DNA of 64,000 bases from Chloroflexota bacterium (GCA_026707285.1 JAPOXD010000053.1:5344-69343), one strand, 5' to 3'. Counted from the stretch's first letter, positions 47,377 to 56,883 are shown. Notes: generated from the letters alone by a model not told the origin. Numbers and translations: made by a program.

Positions 47377-48852
47377 ATGTCTTTTGAGTCTCGACCGACC
47401 CGGTCACGTCGTCCCCGCCGTTCCGGCGGCCATCCGGCCGTCTGCGCTGACTGCGAGACGTCAACCACCGTCCCATTCCGACCACGGCCGGACCGTCCCG
47501 TGTACTGTCCACCGTGCTTCACGGCCCGGCGCAACGGTTCTTCCGCCGCGCCAAGGGCGCGTGACTCGGAGCCGCGCCCAACGAGCGATCGAGCAATTGC
47601 CGACGCTCCCGATGTCTCGGCAGCCTTTCCCGAGATCGACCTGAGTGCGGCCAGCCGAGCTGCCCTCTCGCGCATGGGCATCTCGGCGCCCACACCCATT
47701 CAGGAAAAAACCATCCCGCAGTTCCTCGCGGGGCATGACTTGATCGGGCAGGCCCGCACCGGGTCCGGGAAAACCCTGGCGTTCGCGGTGCCTCTTGCCG
47801 AACGCTGCGACCCGTCGGACCGCCGCGTCCAAGCCCTCGTGCTCGTGCCCACGCGCGAGCTGGCCATCCAGGTGGCCGGCGTCGTTGATTCCCTGGCCTC
47901 GCCACAGGGGCTGCGCGTCACATTGCTTTACGGCGGCCGGTCGTTCCGGCCGGAATCCACGGCATTGAAACGCGGCGCCCAGATCATCATTGGCACGCCA
48001 GGCCGCACGCTTGACCACCTCCGGCAGGGCACGCTCGATCTGCGTGGCGTGCGCGTCATGGTCTTGGACGAGGCGGATGAAATGCTGGATATGGGGTTCG
48101 CCCGTGACGTCGAGGCCATCCTCAGCCGGACGCCCGCCAGCCGCCAGACCGTGCTCTTTTCGGCGACGATGCCAGGGTGGGTGGCGAAGACTGCCGCCAA
48201 GCACCTGCGCAACCCGGTGACGGTGCAGGTGGACGCAAACGTGAATGCGCCGCCCACCGTCGAGCACCTGATCTACTCCATAAAACGACACGACAAGCTC
48301 GGCGCGCTCCGGACCCTGCTCGATGATCGAAAAGATGCGCCGGTCATCGTTTTCGGACGGACCAAGCACGGTGTGAAAAAGCTGGCCAAACAGCTCGCGG
48401 CGTTGGGCTATCCCGCCGGCGCGCTGCAAGGCAATCTCAGCCAACGCGCACGCGAGCGCATGATGGCGGAGTTCCGGTCTGGGACCACGCCGGTGCTGGT
48501 GGCGACCAACGTTGCTGCCCGAGGGTTGGACATCCAGGGTATCGAGCAGGTCATCAACTATGACTTGCCCGACTCCGACAAGCTCTTCACCCACAGGGTC
48601 GGCCGAACCGGTCGCATGGGCAGTTCCGGCGAGGCCGTGACCTTCGTCACACCAGATGAGGAAAAGAAGTGGCGGGAGATTGTGCGCGGACTCGGCCGCC
48701 GCTTTATCCGAAAGCCGTGGAAGGGGGGCCAAGCAAACGCGCAAGGCCCGGATCAGTCGCCTCGGCAGCCGCAGCGGACCTCCCGCCGCCGCGGAATGCC
48801 ACGCCACCGCCCGGAATTTTCCGCCCCCAACGCTTCAGCCATCTCCAGCTAG
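47377..48852 (+). CDS. DEAD-box RNA helicase with N-terminal CxxC-x17-CxxC zinc ribbon
   Basis: PTPIQ, TGSGKT, PTRELA, DEAD, SAT, ARGLD, HRVGRTGR; CADC..VPFRP..PVYCPPC. Confidence 0.94.
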   Translation: MSFESRPTRSRRPRRSGGHPAVCADCETSTTVPFRPRPDRPVYCPPCFTARRNGSSAAPRARDSEPRPTSDRAIADAPDVSAAFPEIDLSAASRAALSRMGISAPTPIQEKTIPQFLAGHDLIGQARTGSGKTLAFAVPLAERCDPSDRRVQALVLVPTRELAIQVAGVVDSLASPQGLRVTLLYGGRSFRPESTALKRGAQIIIGTPGRTLDHLRQGTLDLRGVRVMVLDEADEMLDMGFARDVEAILSRTPASRQTVLFSATMPGWVAKTAAKHLRNPVTVQVDANVNAPPTVEHLIYSIKRHDKLGALRTLLDDRKDAPVIVFGRTKHGVKKLAKQLAALGYPAGALQGNLSQRARERMMAEFRSGTTPVLVATNVAARGLDIQGIEQVINYDLPDSDKLFTHRVGRTGRMGSSGEAVTFVTPDEEKKWREIVRGLGRRFIRKPWKGGQANAQGPDQSPRQPQRTSRRRGMPRHRPEFSAPNASAISS

Positions 48853-48934
48853 GCGCCGCACCCGACCGACCGCGGTCAAATTCCTGGCCGGCGACTCAAT
48901 CCACGGCGGGGAGGCCTCGTGTGGGGCGGTGCGA

Positions 48935-49573
48935 TCAGGGACCGCTGGCGGCGTCCACGATGGTCGGCGCGATGCGGCGCAGATCGTCCCACGAAACCGC
49001 GCCGGCGCGGAGGATGCGCGGGCGGTCGCCGGTGAGGTCGACGATGGTGGAGGCGGTGCCGCCGACCGGCCCGCCGTCCAACAGCGCGTCCACCGCGTCG
49101 CCTAGCGCGGCGCGGGCCTCGGCGGCGGAGGTGGGCGGCGGGTCGCCGTGGCGGTTGGCGCTGGTGCCGGTGATCGGAGCGCCCGCGCGTCGACAGATCT
49201 CGCGTGTAACCGCCATACCCGGCACGCGCACGGCCACGGTGCGGCGCGTGTCGGTGATGCGCGGGTCGATTGCGGGCCGGGCGGGGATCACCAGGGTCAC
49301 GCCACCCGGCCAGAAGGCGGCGCCAAGCTCTTCGAGATAGGGCGCGGAGACGCCGACGCTCGCGACCTGCTCGGACGAGGCCAGCAGCACCGGCATGCCG
49401 GTTCCGAGCGCGCGGCCCTTGATGGCGGCCACCCGCGCCACGGCTTCAGCGTTGGAGATGCCGGCCGCCAGGCCGTAGAGCGTATCGGTGGGAACCACCG
49501 CGACCCCGCCGGCGGCGATGACTTGGGCGCAACGCTCGATGGCCGCCTCGGTGGGCGGCGTGGAGCAGCTCAG
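48935..49573 (-). CDS. tsaC: L-threonylcarbamoyladenylate synthase (TsaC/Sua5 family)
   Basis: PTDTLYGL, KGR, FWPGGVTL, VAVRVP, TSAN, STIVD; start uncertain (CTG 49573 after AGGA is the nearest plausible). Confidence 0.88.
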   Translation of the reverse strand: MSCSTPPTEAAIERCAQVIAAGGVAVVPTDTLYGLAAGISNAEAVARVAAIKGRALGTGMPVLLASSEQVASVGVSAPYLEELGAAFWPGGVTLVIPARPAIDPRITDTRRTVAVRVPGMAVTREICRRAGAPITGTSANRHGDPPPTSAAEARAALGDAVDALLDGGPVGGTASTIVDLTGDRPRILRAGAVSWDDLRRIAPTIVDAASGP

Positions 49574-49598
49574 TGGCCGCTGTCCTGGGGTGGTCGAC

Positions 49599-49790
49599 TC
49601 ACCGCTCGTCGGAGGTCTGCCACGCTGACGGCCGCGTGATCGTGCCGTGAGAATCCAAGAGCGTGATGGGAAGCTGACACTGAGGAAGCAGGGAGTGGCT
49701 AAGAGCTTGCAGGTCAAGCCAGCGCCAAGGCGTGTGTCGCAGCGCCCGATAGAAGAGGTTGAATCCGTCCACGTAGAGGTTGGCGTCCAT
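49599..49790 (-). pseudogene. Internally deleted NYN-domain gene
   Basis: N-terminus LYVDGFNLFYRALRHTPWRWLDL joined directly to C-terminus QLPITLLDSHGTITRPSAW; compare 20800-21429. Confidence 0.85.
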
Positions 49791-49870
49791 ACGCGGAACG
49801 TAGCAGAGGCCGCCCGCAGGCGGCCTCTATCCCAGCCGCCGAAGAAGCTGGGGTGGTTAGCCTTAGTTTA
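49791..49870 (-). ncRNA. Second copy of the putative NYN two-hairpin leader
   Basis: TAAACT, ACCACCCC, hairpin CCCAGC/GCTGGG with TTCG in the loop, hairpin AGAGGCCGCC/GGCGGCCTCT. Confidence 0.5.
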
Positions 49871-49927
49871 CCACCAGAGAGCGCATGACACGCTGGATTT
49901 AAGGCCTGCCTGGCTCTCGTTGCCACC

Positions 49928-50746
49928 TTACGGCGCCCCGTCCTCGCCCAGCACGAACCGTTCGATGGCTAGCGCCGCCCCGTCGTCCTCGTAGGTCCCG
50001 GTGACCCAATCGGCGGCGGCGCGCACGCGCGGATCGCCGTCACCCATGGCCACGCCGATACCCGCCGCCGTGACGAGATCGAGGTCGTTGAGGTTGTCGC
50101 CGATCGCCATGGTCGCCTCGGGTGAAATACCGAGTGCCCGCGCGAGCAAATGGAGCGCCTCGCCCTTGCTCACGTCCTGCCCAATCGCCTCCGCGAAGCG
50201 CGGATGGGAGCGGGTGATGTCCAGCACGGATCGGAAGCGCTCGTCGAGTTCGCTCACGATCGCCGGCACGTCGGCCTCGTCGGCCACGACGACCAGCTTG
50301 GTCGTGCCGCGGTGCACGGCGGCCGCGAGATCGGGGATCAGGCGGATCGGCACGTCGGAGGTCTCGGCGTAAAAGCGGCCCTCGGGCGTGGCCGCCTCCA
50401 TGTAGAGCTCGTCATTCACGTAGGCGTTGATGTGCCAGCGGCGCGCCTTGGCGTACGCCACGACGTCCAGTCCGGGTTGGACCGGCAGCACGCTCGAGTG
50501 CAGGGTCTCGCCGCTCACGGGGTCGCGCACCAGCGCGCCCTGGTAGCAGATGATCGGCGCGGTGACGTGCAAGTCGCGGGCGAACCGCCGCGCCGAGCGA
50601 AACATGCGCCCGGTGGCGATGGTGACGGCCACGTCCTGCGCCTGGGCGCGCCGAATGGCCGTCCGCACCCGCGGCGTGACGCCCTGCTCGCCGCTGACGA
50701 TGGTGCCGTCGAGATCTAGGGCCAGCAGCCGGATCGCGGAGTTCAT
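49928..50746 (-). CDS. Cof-type HAD-IIB hydrolase
   Basis: DLDGT, IATGR, VSKG, GDNLND. Confidence 0.92.
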   Translation of the reverse strand: MNSAIRLLALDLDGTIVSGEQGVTPRVRTAIRRAQAQDVAVTIATGRMFRSARRFARDLHVTAPIICYQGALVRDPVSGETLHSSVLPVQPGLDVVAYAKARRWHINAYVNDELYMEAATPEGRFYAETSDVPIRLIPDLAAAVHRGTTKLVVVADEADVPAIVSELDERFRSVLDITRSHPRFAEAIGQDVSKGEALHLLARALGISPEATMAIGDNLNDLDLVTAAGIGVAMGDGDPRVRAAADWVTGTYEDDGAALAIERFVLGEDGAP

Positions 50747-50963
50747 CGGGTTGTCGGAATTGGACGCGCGCATGCCATGCAGCCTACCCCCAGGTCGCTG
50801 TCGATCGGCGCCACATCGCCGGCTCAGCTGTCGCCGCGGATTTGATAACCGCGCCACAGGCGCTGCGTATAATTGGTCTCTGGGTCACCCGGTACTCCGC
50901 GCCGCCGAGTCCCAGCGTCGCGACGACGGCGGGCTCGTTCGTTGGCAGGAGGCTCGACCGCGC

Positions 50964-52283
50964 ATGCGCTCACGACGTTGGTTAACCCTCGGCATAGGCG
51001 TCAAGCGCTACATCCTCCTCATCTTCGCGGGCACGGTCATCCTGGCGCTGGCGCTGGCCATGTTTCTGGCCTACGTCTACCGCACCATCGACGTGCCGGG
51101 GCCGGCCGGCTCGGTGGTCTACTACATGACCCTGCAGTTCATCGAGCATCCCTTCCGCTCGCTGGTGGTCGGCGGGCTGGGGCTGGCGGGGGTCGTCGCC
51201 GGCGGATTCCTGCTGGGGCGCACGGTGCTTTCGGTGGTCGTGAGCCCCGACGACAACATTGCCGAGACGCTCTACCAGAGCCGTCGGCTGCAGCGCGGTC
51301 CGCGCGTCGTGGCCATCGGCGGCGGCACCGGGCTCGGCATCCTGCTGCGAGGGCTCAAGGAGCACACCAACAACATCACCGCCGTGGTGACGGTGGCCGA
51401 CGACGGCGGCAGCTCGGGGCGGCTGCGCGAGGAGTTTGGCCTGGCGCCGCCGGGCGATGTGCGCCAGTGCCTGGCCGCGCTGGCCGATTCCGAGTCGCTG
51501 ATGAACGAGGTGATGAACTATCGCTTCAGCCGCGGCGGCGGACTCCAGGGGCACAGCCTGGGCAATCTGCTCATCGCCGCGACCACCGAGCTCAAGGACG
51601 GCAATTTCGAGCAGGGCGTGCGCGCGCTCAGTGACGTGCTGCGGGTGCGCGGGCGCATCCTGCCCTCCACGCACTCCGACATCCGGCTGGTGGGCGAGCT
51701 GGCCGACGGGCGAATCGTCCGCGGCGAGTCCAAGCTGCGGTCGTCGGGCCAGCCCATCTCGCGCGTATTCATTGAGCCGCGGCACGTGGCGGCCAATTCG
51801 GCGGCCATTCAGGAGATTCTGGCGGCGGACATGGTAGTGCTGGGTCCGGGAAGCGTCTTCACCAGCGTGATTCCCAACCTGCTGGTGGGCCGGCTGACCA
51901 CCGCGATCCGCGCCTCGCGCGCCGTCAAGGTCTATGTGTGCAACGTGGCCACCGAGCTTGGGGAGACGGACGACTTTGGACCCGCCGAGCACGTCTACTG
52001 CTGCACGCGGCACGTCGGGCCCGATCTCTTCCAATACATGCTGGGCAACAGCAACACCCAGGTTGAGCTGCCCGAGGGCAGCGGCACCCGGCTGGTCACC
52101 TGCGATCCGGCCACGCAGGTGGAGCTGCTGGACGCGGGCGTGCAGGCGGTGCTGGCCGACGTGGTGGACCCGGCGGCGCCGCATCACCACGAGCCGCACG
52201 CGCTGGCGGCGGCGCTGATTGACCTCTACGAGCAGGCCTCGCAGAACAAGGCCACGCTGGTCGCGCTGGCGGAGACGCGCTAG
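50964..52283 (+). CDS. yvcK: YvcK/GlmR (UPF0052) family protein with N-terminal TM extension
   Basis: IGGGTG, TVADDGGSSGRLR, PPGDVR, GHSLGNL, GPGSVFTSVIPNL. Confidence 0.9.
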   Translation: MRSRRWLTLGIGVKRYILLIFAGTVILALALAMFLAYVYRTIDVPGPAGSVVYYMTLQFIEHPFRSLVVGGLGLAGVVAGGFLLGRTVLSVVVSPDDNIAETLYQSRRLQRGPRVVAIGGGTGLGILLRGLKEHTNNITAVVTVADDGGSSGRLREEFGLAPPGDVRQCLAALADSESLMNEVMNYRFSRGGGLQGHSLGNLLIAATTELKDGNFEQGVRALSDVLRVRGRILPSTHSDIRLVGELADGRIVRGESKLRSSGQPISRVFIEPRHVAANSAAIQEILAADMVVLGPGSVFTSVIPNLLVGRLTTAIRASRAVKVYVCNVATELGETDDFGPAEHVYCCTRHVGPDLFQYMLGNSNTQVELPEGSGTRLVTCDPATQVELLDAGVQAVLADVVDPAAPHHHEPHALAAALIDLYEQASQNKATLVALAETR

Positions 52284-53314
52284 ACCGTTCGCCGCGCGGT
52301 GAAGGCCGCCAGGGCGCCCAGGGCTTCGCCGCCCCAGGCGTTGAGCGGTACGTCGGAGAGCAGATCGCGGGTCACGGCGTGATACTCCTCGGCCAGCGAC
52401 TCCGCATAGGCGCGTGAGCCGGACCGCTCGAGCAGCGCCACGATCTCCGCGGTGTCCGGCGGAACCTCCAGGTCGGCGAGCGCGGTTCGGAGGCGGTCGC
52501 GGTCGGCCGGGGCGCCCTCGGTCATCGCGTGCACGATGGGCAGCGTCTTCTTGCGCTTCTGAATGTCGCTCTCGACGGATTTGCCGGTGGCGTCAGGATC
52601 GCCCCAAATGCCCAGGAAGTCGTCGCGAATCTGAAAGGCGGCGCCCAGCGCCCTGCCGGCCTCGCGCACGCCCTCGCGCACCGTCGCATCGTTGCCGGCG
52701 AAGACGGCGCCCAACTCCATGGACGTGCCAATCAGCGCCGCGGTCTTGAGGTCGATCATGCGGAGATAGTCCTCGACCGTCACCGCATCCTTGTCCTCGT
52801 AGGCCATGTCCAGGTATTGCCCCTCGGTCATGCGCCGGCAGCCCAGGGTCAGCACTTCCACGGCGTCGCGCGCGGCGTGGGCGTCGTGAGGCGCGCCCGC
52901 CCGCAGCACGCTGAGCGTGGCGAGCACGTGCATGAAGTCGCCCGCGTCAATGGCCTTGGCCTGGCCCCACACCGCCCACACGGTGGGCCGGTGGCGCCGC
53001 AGGAGATCGTTGTCCATCACGTCGTCGTGCACCAGCGAGAAGTTGTGCAGCAGCTCCACGCCCGCCGCCGCGGGCAGCGCCGCCTCGACGTCGCCGCCAA
53101 GGGCCTCGCAGGTCAGCAGGCAGAGGGTCGGACGCAGCGCCTTGCCGCGATTGGCCTGCACCGGGTTGCCGTCGGCGTCGACCCAGCCAAGCTGATAGCG
53201 GGCCATGGTGGCCAGCGGCGAGTCCAAGCCCTCGAAAACCGCGCGCAGGGCGGCGTCGACCTCGTCCCGGTAACGCTCGAACAGCTCGGCCGGCGCCGCG
53301 GCGCTGGTGGTCAT
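52280..53314 (-). CDS. Polyprenyl diphosphate synthase (GGPP synthase-like)
   Basis: GKALRP, HDDVMDNDLLRR, GQYLD, KTA, FQIRDD. Confidence 0.93.
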   Translation of the reverse strand: MTTSAAAPAELFERYRDEVDAALRAVFEGLDSPLATMARYQLGWVDADGNPVQANRGKALRPTLCLLTCEALGGDVEAALPAAAGVELLHNFSLVHDDVMDNDLLRRHRPTVWAVWGQAKAIDAGDFMHVLATLSVLRAGAPHDAHAARDAVEVLTLGCRRMTEGQYLDMAYEDKDAVTVEDYLRMIDLKTAALIGTSMELGAVFAGNDATVREGVREAGRALGAAFQIRDDFLGIWGDPDATGKSVESDIQKRKKTLPIVHAMTEGAPADRDRLRTALADLEVPPDTAEIVALLERSGSRAYAESLAEEYHAVTRDLLSDVPLNAWGGEALGALAAFTARRTV

Positions 53315-53420
53315 GGCAGGCCCACGTGCAGGGGTGGCGGGTGCTCGATCGTGCCGTGCAAGGCCGGGAGAGGCAAACGGTTCCTGACCAGCTCGTTCGT
53401 CAAGTTGCGCAACTCCAGTC

Positions 53421-53579
53421 CGTCATTCCCGCGCAGGCGGGAATCCACCCTCACTGAACCTGCGAGCGGAAGGGATGCGCCCGGTAATCCCCAAGCCCGC
53501 GTGGATTTTGCAAGGGTCTCCGAAGGCGGGAATTCAGACTCCAGTCCGCCACGTGGTTCGACAAGCTCACCACGAACGG
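53421..53579. repeat. Cluster of REP-like elements
   Basis: CGTCATTCCCGCGCAGGCGGGAATCCAC (53421-53448; related copy at 62881-62930) and GTGGTTCGACAAGCTCACCACGAACGG (53553-53579). Confidence 0.7.
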
Positions 53580-53643
53580 GCAGGCGGCAGCGCGATACGC
53601 TCCAGCAGGCGGCAACGGATGTGAAGAGACCAATCTGACGGCG

Positions 53644-54396
53644 ATGAACATTCTTGGATCGACGGCCCTAGTGACGGGAGCCACGGCAGGCATCGGCCGC
53701 GGGACCGCCATTGCCCTGGCGCAGGCGGGAGCGCGCGTAATCGCCGCTGGACGCGATCCCCAGGCGCTCGCCGCGATCCGCGATGCCACCGGCGGCACGG
53801 CCGTCGCCGCGGACCTGGCGGACCCGGCGGACGTCGAGCGGCTGGCCGCGGCGGCGCTCGACGGACCCGAGCCAGTGGACATCCTGGTCAACAACGCCGG
53901 CATCGGCTGGGAAGGACCGTTCGCCGCGATGCCGCCCGAAAAGATCGAGGACCTGGCGGCGGTGAACCTGCTCGGCCCGGCGCGGCTCACCCGGGCGCTG
54001 CTGCCGTCCATGCTGGAGCGTGGCCGCGGCCACATCGTCAACGTGGCCTCGATCGCGGGGCACGTGGGTGTCCGCGACGAGGCGCTCTACGCCGCCACCA
54101 AGGCCGCCCTGCTCACCTTCAGCGAGGGCCTGCGCTACGAGGTCCAGGCCTCCGGCGTGCGGGTGTCAACGGTTTCGCCCGGCGTGGTGAACACGGAGTT
54201 CTTCGCGCGGCGCGGCAGCCCGTTTCGCCGCCGGCGTCCTCAGCCGATCCCGCCGGAGCGCGTGGCCCAGGCCATAGTGCGCGCCATCGAGCGCAACCAC
54301 GACGAGGTCGTCGTGCCCGGCTGGCTGCGTCTCCCCATCTGGCTCCACGGGGTGTGGCCAGGGCTCTATCGGGCGCTGGCGAGGCGGTTTGGGTAG
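53644..54396 (+). CDS. Short-chain dehydrogenase/reductase
   Basis: TGATAGIG, NNAG, YAATK, PG. Confidence 0.93.
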   Translation: MNILGSTALVTGATAGIGRGTAIALAQAGARVIAAGRDPQALAAIRDATGGTAVAADLADPADVERLAAAALDGPEPVDILVNNAGIGWEGPFAAMPPEKIEDLAAVNLLGPARLTRALLPSMLERGRGHIVNVASIAGHVGVRDEALYAATKAALLTFSEGLRYEVQASGVRVSTVSPGVVNTEFFARRGSPFRRRRPQPIPPERVAQAIVRAIERNHDEVVVPGWLRLPIWLHGVWPGLYRALARRFG

Positions 54397-54470
54397 AGGG
54401 GGATCGGCGCTCGATCCCCACTTGGCGTACTACAGTTTCCAGATTCTCCTTGCAAAGAGATGTATGGCCT

Positions 54471-54509
54471 TACTAGACTACTAGAAGTAATGCGTTTATC
54501 GGTCTAGTA
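54471..54509. promoter_or_regulatory. Putative TA operator/promoter
   Basis: TACTAGAC...GTCTAGTA inverted repeat in AT-rich DNA upstream of the antitoxin. Confidence 0.45.
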
Positions 54510-54527
54510 GGGAAAGGGCGGCTACGC

Positions 54528-54761
54528 GTGCTGGAATCTGGAATCACGGCCAAGGGTCAGACCACTCTGCCCAAAGCGGTGCGGGAAGCCCTGGGAACAG
54601 GTCCCGGGGACCGTGTGCGCTACACCATTCTCGACGGCGAGGTGCGCATCCGTGCGGTGCGCCCCATTCAACGCCTATTCGGCATGCTCACCTACGATGG
54701 CCCACCGGTGACTCTCGATGACATGCAGCGGGCCATTGTCGAGGGAGCGACGACTGATTGA
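54528..54761 (+). CDS. AbrB/MazE/SpoVT-type antitoxin
   Basis: ITAKGQTTLPKAVREALG..PGD.V. Confidence 0.9.
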   Translation: MLESGITAKGQTTLPKAVREALGTGPGDRVRYTILDGEVRIRAVRPIQRLFGMLTYDGPPVTLDDMQRAIVEGATTD

Positions 54762-55156
54762 TCGCCATTGATACAAACGTGTTGGTGCGCTATGTCGTGC
54801 GCGATGACGCCGCGCAAGCGGAAGCCGCCCGCGAACTGCTGGATGATCTGACCCTTGAGCGACCTGGATTCATTTGCCGCGAGGTGCTGGTTGAGATTGT
54901 GTGGGTCTTGGAACGTGCCTACGGGTTTGCGCGGGGTGAGACTGCGGCTGTGGTCGAGGGTCTGGTCTCCACGGCGAGCCTTGTGGTCGAGGATGCCGAC
55001 GCGGTGGCTCGAGCGGCTGCGCGCTACGGCGCTGGCGGCCCCGATTTCGCCGATCGGTTGATTCTCGCCGCCGCGGAGCGAAACGGGGCGCGCCGGCTCT
55101 ACACCTTCGACCGGCGGCTGGCGCGGCTGGAAGGGGCTGCCCTGCTACAGGCCTGA
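54758..55156 (+). CDS. vapC: VapC/PIN-domain toxin
   Basis: IDTNVLVR, EIVWVL, DFADRLI, LYTFD. Confidence 0.9.
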   Translation: MIAIDTNVLVRYVVRDDAAQAEAARELLDDLTLERPGFICREVLVEIVWVLERAYGFARGETAAVVEGLVSTASLVVEDADAVARAAARYGAGGPDFADRLILAAAERNGARRLYTFDRRLARLEGAALLQA

Positions 55157-55211
55157 CCTGGCCTCCGCCGCCTACACTCCCGGCACCTTATTGAACGAGG
55201 AGACCACCCCC

Positions 55212-55652
55212 ATGGACCTCACCCGTGACGTGCCGCGCAGCCCTTATGCCTCGCTGGGCGGCATCGTGTTCTTGCCGCGCGCCATCGACAAGGCTCGGGC
55301 CGAAGCGGCCGGCGCCCTGGGCGAATACGTCTCGCGGCGCGGGTTTTCCACCGAAATGCTCGAGTTCCTCGGTCTCGACGTCGACGCCTTTCACGCGGCG
55401 GTGGCCGCGAACTCCACCGACGCCGACGTGCTGGCGTGGGTCCGGGCCAACATGACCGCGCGGTCGGACGACGAGATCGCCGCCTGGAACGCCATGATGA
55501 TGACGCTGACGCCGGCGACCCCGGAGCGGGAGGCGTGGTATCGCGCGTTCCTGGAGGACAGCGGCCAGGGTCACCGCACGGACCTCAGCCGGCAGTTCGA
55601 CCGGCTGGACCTGGACGAGGGCCGAGACGTGCCGCTCGGAGGCCGCCGCTAA
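55212..55652 (+). CDS. DUF5069-like protein
   Basis: DLTRDVPRSP...LPRAIDKARA...G.LGEY...LDLDEGR. Confidence 0.7.
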   Translation: MDLTRDVPRSPYASLGGIVFLPRAIDKARAEAAGALGEYVSRRGFSTEMLEFLGLDVDAFHAAVAANSTDADVLAWVRANMTARSDDEIAAWNAMMMTLTPATPEREAWYRAFLEDSGQGHRTDLSRQFDRLDLDEGRDVPLGGRR

Positions 55653-55665
55653 GCGGTGCTCCTGA

Positions 55666-55708
55666 CCCTCACCCTAACCCTCTCCCTGGAAGGGAGATGG
55701 AACCGGAC
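55666..55708. repeat. Intergenic copy of the CCCTCACCC..AACCCTCTCCC palindromic repeat
   Basis: Between convergent genes; matches the reverse complement of 22926-22968. Confidence 0.8.
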
Positions 55709-55717
55709 GGTCACTGC

Positions 55718-56863
55718 TTACTGATCCACCACCGAGCCGTCCACGTGCAGCCGCGTGTGCACCTCGCGCGGTACGTAGGGCGCCTTCTCGCGCGCGTCGG
55801 GCTTCAGCTCCACGCCGATGCCCGGCCGGTCCGGAATCAGCAGATAGCCCTGGCCGTCGTGCTCGGCGATGCCGGTCACCATGTCCCGCTTGGGAAACTC
55901 GTCCTCGCCGCTGGGATATTCCACCAGGGCCAGGTTGGGAATGCAGGCCGCAACCTGCAATGACGCCGCTGTGCACACGGGGCTGAGCGGGTTGTGCGGC
56001 ACCACGCCCACGTGCTGCGCCTCCGCCAGCGCGGCGATCTTCTTCATGGCCGTGATCCCGCCCACCACGCACACGTCCGGCCGCACATAGCGGGCCGCGT
56101 TGCGGCGCAGCAGCATGTCGAACTCCCAGAGCGACGTGAGCCGCTCGCCGGTGGCGATGGGCACGGCGGTGTTGGCCGCCACGTAGGCCATCTCGTCCAG
56201 GTTGTCGGGCATCACCGGGTCTTCGAAGAAGAAGGGGTGGAACGGCTCGATGCCGCGCCCGAGCTGCACCGCCTCCGCCGGCGTCATGCGGCGGTGGATC
56301 TCGATGCACAGGTCCACCTCGTCGCCGACTAGCTCCCGGTACTGCCGCACGGCGTCGATGGCGTCGCCAATCTTGCGCGCGTGGGTTTGGAAAAAGGGCC
56401 GCTCGTATGGCTCGTCAAGGAACGGCGTGAGGTGCCCGACGGCCGTAAATCCCGCGTCGCGGGCCTCGGTGATGCCGCGCAGCAGCTTCTCGCGCGTGTC
56501 GCCGAAGACGTGCGCATACACACGGGCCCGATCACGCACCTGTCCGCCGAGGAGTTGATGAACGGGCGCGTCGAAGTGCTTGCCCGCGATATCCCAGAGG
56601 GCGATGTCGATGGCGCTGATGGCCGCCATAACCGCCGAGCCGCGGAAGGCGCTCCAGCGATAGAGGTATTGCCAGTGGTGCTCGATCCGCAGCGGGTCCT
56701 TGCCGACGAGGTAGCGGGCGAACTTCTCGATGGCGGCTTCCGAGGCCTCCAGGAATCCCCAGGCGCCGGCCTCGCCCAGACCCGTGAGACCGCTGTCGGT
56801 CTCGATCTCGACCAGCAAGTACTGGTCGAGCCGGATGGATTCGACGCGGCGGATGCGCATCAC
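55718..56863 (-). CDS. Mandelate racemase/galactonate dehydratase family enzyme
   Basis: AIDIALWDIAGK, LLGG, FFEDP, IATGERL, GGIT, PHNP, PGIGVE. Confidence 0.9.
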   Translation of the reverse strand: MMRIRRVESIRLDQYLLVEIETDSGLTGLGEAGAWGFLEASEAAIEKFARYLVGKDPLRIEHHWQYLYRWSAFRGSAVMAAISAIDIALWDIAGKHFDAPVHQLLGGQVRDRARVYAHVFGDTREKLLRGITEARDAGFTAVGHLTPFLDEPYERPFFQTHARKIGDAIDAVRQYRELVGDEVDLCIEIHRRMTPAEAVQLGRGIEPFHPFFFEDPVMPDNLDEMAYVAANTAVPIATGERLTSLWEFDMLLRRNAARYVRPDVCVVGGITAMKKIAALAEAQHVGVVPHNPLSPVCTAASLQVAACIPNLALVEYPSGEDEFPKRDMVTGIAEHDGQGYLLIPDRPGIGVELKPDAREKAPYVPREVHTRLHVDGSVVDQ

Positions 56864-56883
56864 CGGGATCGGGCCGTTTCGGC

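Noticed and set aside
46804-49069. attL/attR of an integrase-driven island in tsaC
   Set aside because: The enclosed 2 kb has no recombinase, and the left side also carries a holin fragment, which fits the stacked-allele model better. Not fully excluded.
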